DNA of 63,155 nt, filler included, from Octopus bimaculoides (GCF_001194135.2; 4 parts of 4 records of this genome joined end to end with filler, not necessarily neighbours in it); one strand, 5' to 3'; shown: positions 49,186-61,899, counted from the whole stretch's first letter. Program-made: numbers and translations. Notes: generated by a model not told the origin, from the sequence alone.

Positions 49186-49834
49186 CAAATTTCCAAATTT
49201 TACGACAGGTTTGTTGGTGCCATCTTGTTATTTGTAAAGTAATGTATTTTTCCTTCTTTATGCCATAACAACAATATTGACTGAAAAGATTGTAGTTTGT
49301 ATCCACCTGTGTTGTGTTGTGTTGTGTTGCGTTGTGATAATTCCATGTTAAAGATGTTTATGTCTTGTCAGCCCAGTCAGTCTGGCTGTAAATTGGTACA
49401 ATGACATAACTGCAGATTGCCCCAACAAGCAGTCAAATGTACTATGGTGTTGAAGTGACATTCTGACAAACAAAAGCTATATTTGCAATGTTATTGTTGT
49501 TGACAAGCTCCATGTGAATTATACATACATACATACATACATACAAGTTTATCATTTAAATATACATGAATATGTCTAGATAAGCAGCTATATGCATGAG
49601 AATACATACATAAAACAAAACAGACAAATCAGCACATATACATACATACATACATACATACCAGCAAAAATACCCTGTTGTTGAAGTTGAAATTCCAATG
49701 AAGGAGCCTTAGATCTAGGTTAGAAACCGGCTCTTTCTCCATTGGCGAGGAATCTCAAAATAAAACCGAATAATGACATACATACACACACACACGCAAA
49801 TATATATACATTATCATCATCACCATCATTATTT

Positions 49835-50065
49835 ACTTATTTCTTTATTGCCCACAAGGGGCTAAACATAGAGGGGACAAACAAGGACAAACGAAGGGAT
49901 TAAGTTGATTACATTGACCCAGTGCATAACTGGTACTTAATTTAACCGACCCCGAAAGGATGAAAGGCAAAGTCGACCTGAGCGGAATTTGAACTCAGAG
50001 TGTAGCAGCAGACAAAATACTGCTAAGCATTTTGCCCGGCGTGCTAACGATTCTGCCACCTTACC
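49835..50065 (-). mobile_element. SINE family B variant
   Basis: CCCACAAGGGGCTAAAC tail..GTCGACCTGAGCGGAATTTGAACTCAG. Confidence 0.85.
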
Positions 50066-50083
50066 ACCTTGCCATCATCATCA

Positions 50084-50290
50084 TCCTCATTAGTTACTGT
50101 CTGCTTTCCATGCTGGCATGGGTTAGATGGTTTGATCGGAACTGGAGAACTGCACCAGATTCCAGTCTGATCTGCTTCTATGGCTGGATGCTCTTCCTAA
50201 TGCCAACCACTCCCAGACTGTAATGGTTACTTTTCTTGTGCCACCAGCATGGGTGCCATTTACATGACATCAGTAATGGCCACAACTATG
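50084..50290 (-). mobile_element. RTE-tail repeat
   Basis: (CAT)n..CTGCTTTCCATGCTGGCATGGG..GGATGCTCTTCCTAATGCCAACCAC. Confidence 0.75.
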
Positions 50291-50314
50291 ATTTCACAGT
50301 TGCCATTTACATAA

Positions 50315-50520
50315 CACTGGCATTATGTACCTACCTGGCAAAAATGAGTTGAACCTGCATTTCAAAGGGCCAGCCTTGTCACACTTTGTGTCACGCTGAA
50401 TCTCCCTCGGGTACATGTGTCTGTGGAGGGCTCAGCCACTTGCACATTAACTTCATGAGCAGGCAGTTCCATTGATCAGATCAGCTGGAACCTTTGCCGT
50501 CCTAACCGATGGAGTGCCCG
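50315..50520 (+). mobile_element. SINE family E 3' part
   Basis: TTTCAAAGGGCCAGCCTTGTCAC..CTCAGCCACTTGCAC..CCGATGGAGTGCC. Confidence 0.8.
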
Positions 50521-50769
50521 TAATATATATATATATATATATATATACATAAATTTTTAGAAGGAAAAGGTTGACAGTAACTTTGAAGTTTCAGCATACT
50601 TGCATCTTCAGTTTATTGATGACAGCAAACAAGCTAAAACTCAGAGGTCACTGTCAGCCTTTCACTTGTAAAAATCAAGTAATATGCAATTTATTAAAAA
50701 ATTATTGAGCAATCCTTTAGTTTGGTACTAAATTGTTTTTATATAAAACTTACCATCATTTGAATTAGA

Positions 50770-51205
50770 GAGAAGTTTGAATTAGATGGAATTGTTTAGA
50801 ATCTCCATAGGAAATGTTCTGGAAGGCTATGGACATTAATAAGCCCCCACAAAGCAATAAATGGCACTAGAAGCGTATTGTCAGAGTTGCAGAAAATCTG
50901 TGCAGCAAGCAAGTTCAGAAATGGGAATTTCAATATCAAGCGTTTATCACGTTTTGAAGTGCTATCATTGAAAAAGTTACATTCCAAGAATAGTCCATGC
51001 TCTCAATGAAGATGATCCAAACCAAAGAGTGGAGTTTTCTAAGTGGTACTTAAGTTGCAGACATTCCAACAAAGATTTCATGGAGTGATGAGGCTATATT
51101 TAAATTAAATGTCTCAATTGACTGCCATAATTGCACCTGCTGGGGACTCGAGAGTCCGTGAATTATGGAAGAACATTAGATCAATTTACCAAATAGTTTG
51201 TAGAT
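50770..51205 (+). mobile_element. Tc1/mariner (DD37D/maT-rosa-like) transposase remnant
   Basis: [36 protein letters not shown], truncated by a SINE. Confidence 0.82.
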
Positions 51206-52415
51206 GGTGATTATGATTGTTGGTTATATCCGTCCCAGTATTTTACTGGTACTAATTTATCAACTCAGGAAGAGTGAAATGCAAATTTTTCTTTGGAGCG
51301 ATTTGAACTCTGAACGGAATGTAAAAAAAAAAAAAAAAAGCAAAATTAGATACCACATGGTATTTAATTTTCATCGTTGTTGTCATTGTTGTCGTCATCA
51401 TCATTATCATCATTGTTGTCGTTGTCATCGTCATCATCATCATCATCATTGTTGTCATCATCATTGCCACTGCCACTACCACCACCATCATCATCATCAT
51501 CATTATCATCATCATCATCGTCTTTATCGTTTTGAATAACGACAGTCTGTATTAGCAAGTTTCTCGCTGCAACAACCCTCAGAAGCACTACCATCATCAT
51601 CATCATCATCATCATCATCACAATAATCACGAAAAAATACCACCGCCACCACCACCACCACCAATAAAAACCTAACCTCTCTGCTCTGCCTTCATCTCCA
51701 AAACAACACCAACACAATCAACCATGAATATCACCACCACAAATACCGTTATGAACACCACCATCAACACCACCTCATCACAATCACCACTAAAAATACC
51801 ACACCATCACCATCACCATAAACACCATCACCATCATAGATATCTCCGATACCACAAATGCCATTGTAAATACCATCACCACCACCACCACCACCACCAC
51901 CACCACCATCAATACCATTACCAACACCAGCACCATCACCATAATGTTAAAAAAATATTTTGTCTAAGTACATAACTAAAACTTATTTTGAGCTGTTAAC
52001 GTCCCTGGTTAAAAGGGGCTAGTTTTGTGTGAGCTTAATGAGTGAAATCTACTTCACATCAACTGGTCAAATATCAGTTGGGGTCTATTTAGCAAACTGA
52101 CCCCTCTTTTTAAAATTGCTGTCCTTGGTGACTAAACCAGAACCAATGTTAAAAAGAAGGAAATATTGGATAGTGTAGTCTAGCATGTCATGGTTGGAAC
52201 ACCTTTGATCATAAGTCTATTTGTTCACCTGTAATCAAAGGTTACACAACAACAGCAATGATAACAATGTGTCCCTAAAACAGGTGAGCACAAGTGTTAG
52301 CCAGCAATATTTCCAGTGTTGTGGTTAAGTGGCCCTTCCAACTGACTCTAGTCAGCTCTAGCAGGGTCTTCCAATATGCAACATATATGATACATTCTCT
52401 CCTGATATGTGTCTC

Positions 52416-52640
52416 AAACATCATCATCATCATCATTTAACATTCATTTTTTTCCATGCTGGCATGGGTTGGACGGTTTGACCAGAGCTGGCAAGTTAGA
52501 GAGCTGCACCAGCTTCCAGTCTGGGTTGGCATGGTTTCTATGGCTGAATGACCTTCTAAATGTCAACCACTTTACAGAGTATGCTGAGGGCTTTGTAGGC
52601 AGACCAACCAAGGTGCTTTCTAGGGGGGGCTGGCACAGGT
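52416..52640 (-). mobile_element. RTE-tail repeat
   Basis: (CAT)n-TTAACATTC..TTCCATGCTGGCATGGGTTGGACGG. Confidence 0.75.
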
Positions 52641-52844
52641 GCATTTTGCACGAACATCCTATAATATGTACTTTGGTTTTGTGTGAGTGCAGTCAGAGCT
52701 TAACATATGCATGCAGGCCATTGTCCAACCTGTTTTAATGTATGACTGACAGATTTTGCTAAAGATTGCATCAGAGATGAGCAAAATGGAATACTTTAGT
52801 GCGCAAATTTTGATTGATTTTATTTTTGGAATGTCTGGAAATGA

Positions 52845-53156
52845 ATGAGTGTGGCTTAGTGGTGAGGCTCTTTGGCTCATAATCGTAAGGTTGTGAGTTC
52901 AATTCCCAGGGGTGCATTGTGTTTATGAGAAAGACACTTTATTTTATGTTGCAACTGGCAAAAGTGTGTAGTACCAGAATTTCAAAGGGTTAATCTTGTT
53001 GCACTCTCTGTGTCACGCTGAATCTCCCTGGGAACTTCGTTAAGGGAATACATATCTGTGGAGTGCTCAGCCACTTGCATATTAATTTTATGAGCAGACT
53101 GTTCCATTGATTGGGTCAACTAGAATCCTCATTGTCAGAACCGATGGAGAGCCAGT
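52845..53156 (+). mobile_element. SINE with tRNA head and family E tail
   Basis: GTGGCTTAGTGG (A box), GAGTTCAATTCC (B box), then family E tail. Confidence 0.8.
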
Positions 53157-53439
53157 TAATTAGTTGGGAATGTCTGGAGAAATGGTTAACATCCATAGTT
53201 TTTACAGGCCCTTCATGACTGGTGAGGTTTATGTAATGAAGATTTATTTTTCAACAATCTCAGATAAACAGATTGCATGTAAAACATATGCAAGACAGGA
53301 ATGTCAGAGGTATATGAAAATATATTTACAGCAATCAATCTGGGGGATCCTAAATATGAAATTACAATTGCATGTATTTTGATTGCTATGCGTGGACAAG
53401 CAGTGCTACCTCAAACTATCTGATCTTTGTAGCTGTTTT

Positions 53440-53819
53440 TCTTTAACTTGTTTCAGTCATAAGACTATGGGCACCACCTTGAACGATTTTTAGTCAATTG
53501 AATCAACCCCAGTACTCTTTTAAAGCCTGGTACTTATTCTATCGGTCTTTTTGCCAAACTGCTATGTTATGGGACGTGATCAAACCAGCACCGGTTGTCA
53601 AGCAGTGGTGGACGGATAAACACGGGTATAAATACACACATACACTGATGGTGTGTGTGTGTGTATGACGGTCTTTTTCCTGTTTACGTCTACTAAATCC
53701 ACCACAAGACTTTAGTCGGCCTGAGGATATAGTAGAAGGTACTTGCCCAAGAAGCCACTCGGTGGGACTGAATCCAGAACCATGTGGTTGGGGAGCAAAC
53801 TTTTTACCACACAGCCACT
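53440..53819 (-). mobile_element. SINE family C
   Basis: Same motifs in reverse. Confidence 0.85.
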
Positions 53820-53875
53820 TTTAATATTCTATGCGTGCTAAACCCCTAAACTTTGACCTTTTTTATTTCTCTTAC

Positions 53876-53929
53876 CTCTTTTGCCTCGACTCATCTTTGT
53901 TCCCTGGTCAATCTCCTCTCCTATTTGAC
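53876..53929 (-). CDS. Candidate exon (phase 1-1) of an unidentified host gene: GQIGEEIDQGTKMSRGKR
   Basis: Acceptor ttggattattacAG, donor AGAG|GTAAGA, open frame, 54 nt; phase-compatible with the TM exon at 40884-40971. Confidence 0.6.
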
Positions 53930-54569
53930 CTGTAATAATCCAAATAGTGCAAAACAACAGATTCAGATGCTGTTTGATAGCACATATGAAACGGCATAAG
54001 GCAACACTTAAACGATATCCTATTACACACAAGAATGAATTTACTAGACACGATTATATTTCTGTAGTTACATTAATTGCTGTGAAGTATATTTAATTGC
54101 CATCATAAACATTTATCTTTCATTACGTCCAGATTTTTTAATTTTCAAAGCAAACATAAATTTTCACATAGCTTTATGATGAATATAATCATGTGCGTGC
54201 GTATGTGTATACATATGTATATATATATATATATATATNNNNNNNNNNNNNNNNNNNNNNNNNNNNNNNNNNNNNNNNNNNNNNNNNNNNNNNNNNNNNN
54301 NNNNNNNNNNNNNNNNNNNNNNNNNNNNNNNNNNNNNNNNNNNNNNNNNNNNNNNNNNNNNNNNNNNNNNNNNNNNNNNNNNNNNNNNNNNNNNNNNNNN
54401 NNNNNNNNNNNNNNNNNNNNNNNNNNNNNNNNNNNNNNNNNNNNNNNNNNNNNNNNNNNNNNNNNNNNNNNNNNNNNNNNNNNNNNNNNNNNNNNNNNNN
54501 NNNNNNNNNNNNNNNNNNNNNNNNNNNNNNNNNNNNNNNNNNNNNNNNNNNNNNNNNNNNNNNNNNNNN

Positions 54570-54611
<42 letters not shown>

Positions 54612-55309
54612 CATACACTTACATGCACACACACAAGCTTCCACCCAGTAGGATCGAACATAGAACCACATGGTTCTAAAGTAAGTTTGTTAACCACATA
54701 GCTATCCCTGCACGTATATGCACTTGTTCTTCATCAGGTAGGTTACGCTGTCCTAGCTAGCTTTGTTGCAGTGATATTAAATATAGAGTGGGTAGTGCAC
54801 GACAAATAGTTGTTAGTTAATCGAACACCACATTTTATTTTTCAAATTACAAAATTGCAAAGAAATAAAATTATTTCAATTTATTGAGACATTTAAAAAT
54901 AAACAGGTTAAAAAGTATTTTGCAATCCATAAATTAAACACATAATTAAATTTTGAGCTAGAATTATTCAAATAAAATTATCGTAGCGAACTGGATCGTT
55001 CTTTGAAATATTGAAACATTTTTACAAATTGCTAGAGAGCAGATGTTATATAACTGGATTTTTCCCTTCCCAATTCCAACCACTCACACAGTTTGTTTTT
55101 TGTTAACCAAATGAATAAAGAATTATAGTACCCATTCACATGTGACAACTATATGTGTTAAAAACACTCCATTTTGTTTCTGGGCACGAAATTCTATTTA
55201 TGACTTGGTTCATCAAGCTCTTGGGAATACATGCCATATTTTTAGAGAATAATTGTTTCTGAGGCAAAAGGCCTGAAATTTTGAATGAGTGAAATCATCA
55301 TAATTATAG

Positions 55310-55520
55310 TTATCATCATCATTATCATCATTATCATTTAACGTTTGTTTTCCACGCCTGCACAGCTTGGACAGTTTGTTGGGATCCAACAATGCGCTGG
55401 GCTACGTTGAGAGTTCCAATGTCAGCTTTGACATGGTTTCTATGACTGGATGCCCTTCCTAATGCCCACCATTTTACAGTGTGTACTGGGTACCTTTTTC
55501 ATACCACTAGCACTAGTGAG
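55310..55520 (-). mobile_element. RTE-tail repeat
   Basis: CATTTAACGTTTGTTTTCCA..CTGGATGCCCTTCCTAATGCC. Confidence 0.7.
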
Positions 55521-55524
55521 GTTG

Positions 55525-55680
55525 CTGATACCATTATTTGACTGGTACCTGATTTTATCAGCCATAGAGGGATGAAAGGCAAAGTGGACCTTGGTGGGAT
55601 TTGAACTCAGACTGTAAAGACGGTAAAGAAATACTGCAGGGCATTCATTCTGATGTCCTAACAATCCTATTAGCTCATTG
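55525..55680 (-). mobile_element. SINE family B
   Basis: CTGGTACC..GATGAAAGGCAAAGTGGACCTTGG. Confidence 0.75.
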
Positions 55681-56319
55681 ATTTTTACTAGAAATAATAT
55701 TCTTGGAATGATACTCGTGAAAAAGGTGCATTATATCTAAGGAGTATCAATCTCCTGTCTGCTATAAAGCTACCGAGTCAATAGCTTTGTAGTTCGTAAA
55801 GGAAAAGAACACTGTCATATGCTAATAGCATATTTTGTCCAAGTATGCAATACGTTGCATGTAGATGCTTTTCGACTCTAGGAGTTATGATCCTGCACCC
55901 CTTTCGACAATGACTATGTAGTTACGTAAAGACTATAACTATGTACTGCTAAGGATTTTCATGATTTGAAAACTGAAGTGAAAATGAAAATATACAGGTC
56001 CGAGGAGCATGTGAAAAAGGGCCTCAAATATGAATGAAACTGAAATGCGTACGTGTATACATGCATACATACATACATACAAATAAAGACATACATAAAT
56101 ACATACATGCACACACACACATATATTGCATACTATTGTCTAGACAAGCGTAACTAATTTCAACACTATACACATTAAAAAGCTTGTGGGATTTATGTAT
56201 TTGGAAAGTGTTACCTAATTAGGAAGAGACTGCTTCGTAGAGACTCTAATTAGTAGAGACAGCAATTTTTCTCTGAGGACTGATTTTTCTCTAAGTTCTT
56301 TTCCTTTTCCTAACTCTCT

Positions 56320-56640
56320 CCAGGGAGAAGGGAGCCACCATATACATGAACTTTTCACTGAAACCACCGATCGGTAGCACTTCATTTTAATGCCTGCAGC
56401 TCTGTCAAAAATATTCTTATCTGAGAATAAACTGCAGATTCTTTTACTGCAGCCAGATTCTACGTTTGTAATTATAGCTGGGAGTAACCAGAATTCGTAT
56501 GAATATAGACAATCTCATTGTTCAGCTTTTTATAGGTATAGTACTTGCTTATCTTGAGATCTAAGAAATGTCCGAAGTTTGTGGGAGGCCATGTCTTTGT
56601 GAAAATCTATACACATTGGTGTATAGAATAAACAACAACA
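56320..56640 (-). mobile_element. Third Penelope-like RT thumb-domain fragment
   Basis: Minus-strand frames read FLDLKISKYYTYKKLNNEIVYIH and RICSLFSDKNIFDRAAG..GGFSEKFMY, matching the NFLD/YIH/IFD..A/SGF thumb pattern of the elements at 1-4.7 kb. Confidence 0.6.
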
Positions 56641-57251
56641 ACAACAACAAAACACTGAACATTTATACTGTTAACAACAATGAAGATTCTCTATTGAATA
56701 ATTTTAAGTCGTTAGCTCCTAATGCTATTCAATGAATTATATTGAAACTTCAAATTTCATTTTATGAACAATAGCTCTTCTATCGTGATTATAATCCTTA
56801 GAATATTATTCCAAGTTAAAGGTGGTGAGCTTACAGGATCGTTATATCGTTGGAAAGAATGACTTGTGGCATTTCTCTTGGCTCTTTGCTTTCTGAATTC
56901 AAATCTCACCGAAGTTAACTTTGCTATCTATTGGTCCGGAATCAATAAAATAAAGTACAAATCAAGTAAAATATATTTAAAATAAAGTACCAGTCAAATT
57001 AAATTTTTGAAATTCCTTTCACTGGAATTTTTAACGAATTCAAGGAGATCGCTTCTGTCTAGTTCGTCAGCTTTACTTTTCGTCTGGCAGGCATCAAGAA
57101 ATCTCTGTGATACGCAGTAGTCGTCGATTTACTGGTTCAAATACGTGACTCGTGAATGCATAGAGAGCGTACAAGAGAATGCTGTATTTGTATAACCAGT
57201 TTAACACTCAAAAGTCATGTCGTGTACAGCTTGCATTTTTATAATTGAATT

Positions 57252-57700
57252 TACGAGATCTGATCAATAAGTATCCGGACTGTTGCCATAGTATCGAAGC
57301 TAAAGCATGCAGAGTAAAGCCACTTGGCATAGATTAACCTTGAACTCACTCTACTATGCATGTGAACCAAGTGTTAACCTTTTAGCTCATTTCTGCTCTT
57401 TACAGAAGTGATTGCAGTAACATGTGTAACGTGTGATCGTCGCATTGACCATGACAGAAAAAGTTGTCATGGCGATACCTGCTCAGAGGCCTGCACAAAG
57501 TTGCAGAAAGCGTGTGGAGTGGTGTGTATGAGCCGCACACAAGTATAGGAGTGATTCAGACGTTTCCAAGATGGCCGAAAAGATGTCGATATTGAAGAAT
57601 GTTCTCGGAAACCTGCAACCAGCTGAACTGAGAAAAATATCTCAGATGTGTGTGTAGCTGTGAGGGGAAATCGTCGAATCACCATCCGTGAGGTTAGGAT
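57252..57700 (+). mobile_element. mariner remnant, left TIR plus HTH region
   Basis: TA-CGAGATCTGATCAATAAGTATCCGGACT; LQKACG..CMSRTQV.E.FRRFQDGR.DV..RGNRRITIREV; truncated at (TA)n. Confidence 0.88.
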
Positions 57701-58244
57701 AGGATGTGCAGATCATATATATATATATATATATATATATGTATAAATCAGCCTTAACCATCAGTACCATCTGTCACCGGCACCAATACTACCAGCATCA
57801 ACACCACCCGAACCAATACAACCTCTGCCATTACCAACCCAGCAACCTTTTAATGACCGACAACAACAATAATAAGCATGAATAAGATATGCAACTCCAT
57901 CTGAAATAATAAGTAAACAATTACATGTAATAATGTGATGCTTTAGTGTATCTTAAAGGTGAAATGAAATGTCTTTAATCATAGGTGAATGACAATCGAC
58001 TTGAAACTAAATAGCAACAATATAAATACTAGAAATATGACCACTGTCACTACCAGCACCAGCACCATCACCTCCATCATCCCCAAAGCAGAAACCAATA
58101 AATCAACAGCTCCACCACTACCAACCCACCAACATTTGAATGTCCAGCTGGCAACAACAATAATAGTATCAATGTCTGTAGCAACATATGCTGTATGTCA
58201 ACACAACAGTAGATGTGGTGAGTAGAATGTGGAATCTTTATGAA

Positions 58245-58390
58245 TCAAACCCAGTGCTCAACTGGTACTTATTTTATCAACTCCAAAAGATGAAAGGCAA
58301 AGTCGACCTCGGTGGAATTTGAACTGAAATGGACAAAATACTACGAAGCACTTTGCCTGGCATGCTAATGATTCTGCCAGCTCACCACCG
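58245..58390 (-). mobile_element. SINE family B
   Basis: CAGTGCTCAACTGGTACTT..GTCGACCTCGGTGGAATTTGAAC. Confidence 0.85.
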
Positions 58391-59809
58391 TAATTGCAAA
58401 GAATATTATTAAAGAGTTATTTCTTACATGAGGTCTACAAGTTTTTAATAACATTCGTATTCATGAATGTAACCAAAATTACAAGAGTTTACAATGGGTT
58501 CCGTTCTTACAATAAACTGTACAAAGAAATGATGTGCTATAAACATCAAACAATTTTAGATTAAGTTCTTCAGCCCTCAAGTAAATGCTGACAATTATGA
58601 GCTATTAAATAGAAGACAGTATTTCTCATCTTCCCAGTAATTCTTATCCCGTCATCACACCCCACCAGACAGCGATAAACATCTTCTGTGGTAAGAATGC
58701 ACCTGACTGCGAATTACATGGTTCATATTTATTCCTTAACACATTTCACTTCAAATGTTTTCATGTATACATATGCATAAAAGTGGTTGCGTTGGTCACA
58801 TTTTTTTGTTTTGACTGTATTTTTTGAAAATATCAACAGGAATGCATTATCATTTTATTACATGAAAATCAATAAGAAAACTAACTTTGTATTACAAGAT
58901 TTCGTGTTACAACAAATTTGTCTGGGATTTCTTACTCCTGTGATAGAGGAGACTCCTGAGTGTTTATATATNNNNNNNNNNNNNNNNNNNNNNNNNNNNN
59001 NNNNNNNNNNNNNNNNNNNNNNNNNNNNNNNNNNNNNNNNNNNNNNNNNNNNNNNNNNNNNNNNTATATATAATAAGGATTATTATGAAATACCATTAGC
59101 ATTACCTTTGATTACTTTTTATATATACACAGCTTCAAATAGACCTCCACATGTTTTTACTGCATTGATTAGTAACCGTTGCAATTATATATATGTATAT
59201 GTATATATACATGCATTCGCGCGCACACACACACTCACACGCACACACACACTCATATGTTTATTTATACATGTATGTGTTTATATTTAAAGGTGTTGCG
59301 TCAAAAAAAAAAAAAAAAATTCAATTTTCATTGCCTCTGTGAGACTCAACAACTGAGTCAAAGGTAAATGTTTCATAAACTTCAGTGAGTCATTACAGGA
59401 AGAGGGTCATTACAGAAAGCTTATAGCTTATGGGTGTAGACTCATAATGGAATCTATACAGTGTGCCAAGAAAATAGCCAGCAGTATGGGTAACCTCCCT
59501 TGTTACTCTAAGCTATATTGCATTAAAGCTGGACATAACATATAAGAGAGAACATTTGTGATATTCTTTATATTAATCATGTATATACCATGTGACTTCA
59601 CTGGAAATGTAACTTGTGTAGTAAGAAATAGAGAACAGAAGGTTGGATAGAAAGATAGATAGACAGACAGACAGAATGATAGATAGACAGAAAGGCAGAC
59701 AGACAGACAGGCAGGTAGGCAGATAGACCAAAAATGATGGCTATATCTCCATTTCGAGTAATACGATCTCTTGCTTGTTGCCCTAAGTATGAGTAGCATG
59801 GATGTGTCT

Positions 59810-60330
59810 TTTCAGTCCCACTGGGGGACCAGCATGTTTTTGCACAGATGTGGCAGTGATGGGTACCTCTTGCAGCAGGTGTCCAGAGAATCTTACCACT
59901 AGTCCACCCTGACATATGCCTTCCTTCCATCATGGAACTTTTATTGAGTGCTCTGCCTTTCTCAGCTATGATGAGCAATACATGATAAAGATATTAAAAA
60001 TCAATGAAGCTGGTACCTGAAACCTGTTCTAAAGTGAGGAAGGGTCTTGCTTTGGGCCACCCCAGTCTCTAAACAATGTATGCAATTGCCAAAAAAAGAA
60101 CTAGTCTATAATTTGCAGAACATCACAGCTGTTACAGCAGAGTTTTTTTTTATCTTCTAAATAGGTGTTAAAACAAGGACCAGGGGTCTTTCATTCTCAG
60201 CTGTTGGATGGCTGTTGACTCTACTGTGTTTATCCTCCCTTTGACAAGTTTTTTGTTCTTTAAGGTGTCCAACGAAAAGCACTCCTCTTAACAAACAGGC
60301 TTGTAAGGTTACTGGTTGAGTTGTCAATGG
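59810..60330 (-). mobile_element. Possible decayed RTE C-terminal remnant
   Basis: VES...QQLR..MKD and a terminal CHICAKTCWS zinc-knuckle-like motif. Confidence 0.3.
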
Positions 60331-60364
60331 CCCAACCTTTTGACAGGTTATTTATTTTTTTTTG

Positions 60365-60685
60365 TTTATGCACCCTTTTAAAGCCTAGCCAGTTTTAAAG
60401 TCTAGCATGGGCCCAGTTTCTCGGTTTCTATGGCATATGTGCTCCCCCTCCCAGCTGGACGGGACACCAGTCCATCGCAGCGTTACTCAAGAAACAGGAA
60501 GAAAGAGTGAGAGAAAGTTGGGGCGAAAGAGTACAACAGGGGTCACTACCACACCCTGCCGGAGCCTTGTGGAGATTTAGGTGTTTTCGCTCAATAAATA
60601 CAGACAATGCCTAGTCTGGGAATCAAAACCACGATCCTCTGACCATGAGTCCGCTGCCCTAACCACTGGGCCATTGCGCCTCCAC
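60365..60685 (-). mobile_element. tRNA-derived SINE (family E head/middle, different tail)
   Basis: GGCGCAATGGCCCAGTGGTTAGGGCAGCGGACTC head; middle matches 13307-13390; tail GCGATGGACTGGTGTCCCGTCCAG. Confidence 0.85.
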
Positions 60686-61261
60686 ATTTTTTTTTGACAG
60701 GTACATAAATATATACATATATAAATTTGTTAAATGGATTGAAAATGGCTAAAGCAAGAATCGAAACTTTGCATTTGCTGGTTGTTAATCATTAAAGCTT
60801 TCATGCAACGAGTTGTATATATTCTTAGACTGTATTTATTTTTTGGTAATCCTGCTGAAGTCTTATATTTTGGAAACATGCTTGACTTCCGGTACGAAAT
60901 GAAAGCAACATAACTATTGAACAGAATTGAGCTACAGGAAATAAATTACTAAGAAACAAGAAAAAACAACAACAAAAACTGAAGCAAAAAACAAATCTCA
61001 GTCCAGAATGTTGTTTTAGTCATCTGTTGGTGTTAATATAGCATTTATATAGAATTAGTTGAGTTAGTCATTCCATATGTCTTCTAGCAGACATACAGTT
61101 CTTCATAAGAAATCTATAATGACTCTGTACTATTTCCGTATTTGTTGGTTATAAATAAAACAGTAAAATATATTTGAATGTTGTGACATTTCTCTTGGTC
61201 ATATATTTTTGGCGATTTTCATATGTGATGTTGCTTTTGGCTTGTATTGAAAATCAAAGAC

Positions 61262-61645
61262 ATGTGCGGGTGGCACATAAAATACACCATTTTGAGCGTG
61301 GCCGTTGCCAGTACCGCCTGACTGGCCTTAGTAGGATTTTCAAGCAAGATCGTTGCCAGTGCCCCTGGACTGGCTCTGGTGTGGGTGGCACATAAAATAC
61401 ACCATTTTGAGTGTGGCCGTTGCCAGTACCGCCTGACTGGCCTTCGTGCGGGTGACACGTAAAAACACCCACTACACTCTCTGAGTGGTTGGCGTTAGGA
61501 AGGGCATCCAGCTGTAGAAACTCTGCCAAATTTAGATTGGAGCCTGGTGTTGCCATCCGGTTTCACCAGTCCTCAGTCAAATCGTCCAACCCATGCTAGC
61601 ATGGAAAGCGGACATTAAACGATGATGATGATGATGATGATGTTG
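61262..61645 (+). mobile_element. Young RTE 3' UTR with internal tandem duplication
   Basis: GGGTGGCACATAAAATACACCATTTTGAG..GACTGGCCTT present at 61268 and 61383; (GAT)n tail. Confidence 0.9.
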
Positions 61646-61899
61646 ATGTGGCATGGCTATGTATTTAAGAATTGCTTTCCAATTATGCGGTTTCGGGTTC
61701 AGTCCCACAGCATGGCACCTTGGGCAAGTGTTTGCTTGTCTTGACATCATGTGATAGTTGTAAATAAGTGTCATAGTCATATGAGAAGTGTCATTCATTC
61801 CCAATATTCTGCAAACATATCTAGCCATGCGGAAATATTACCTTATTTGGAAATAAGAAAAGGTTGGTGATAGGAAGAGCATCTGGTCAAAGAAAATCT

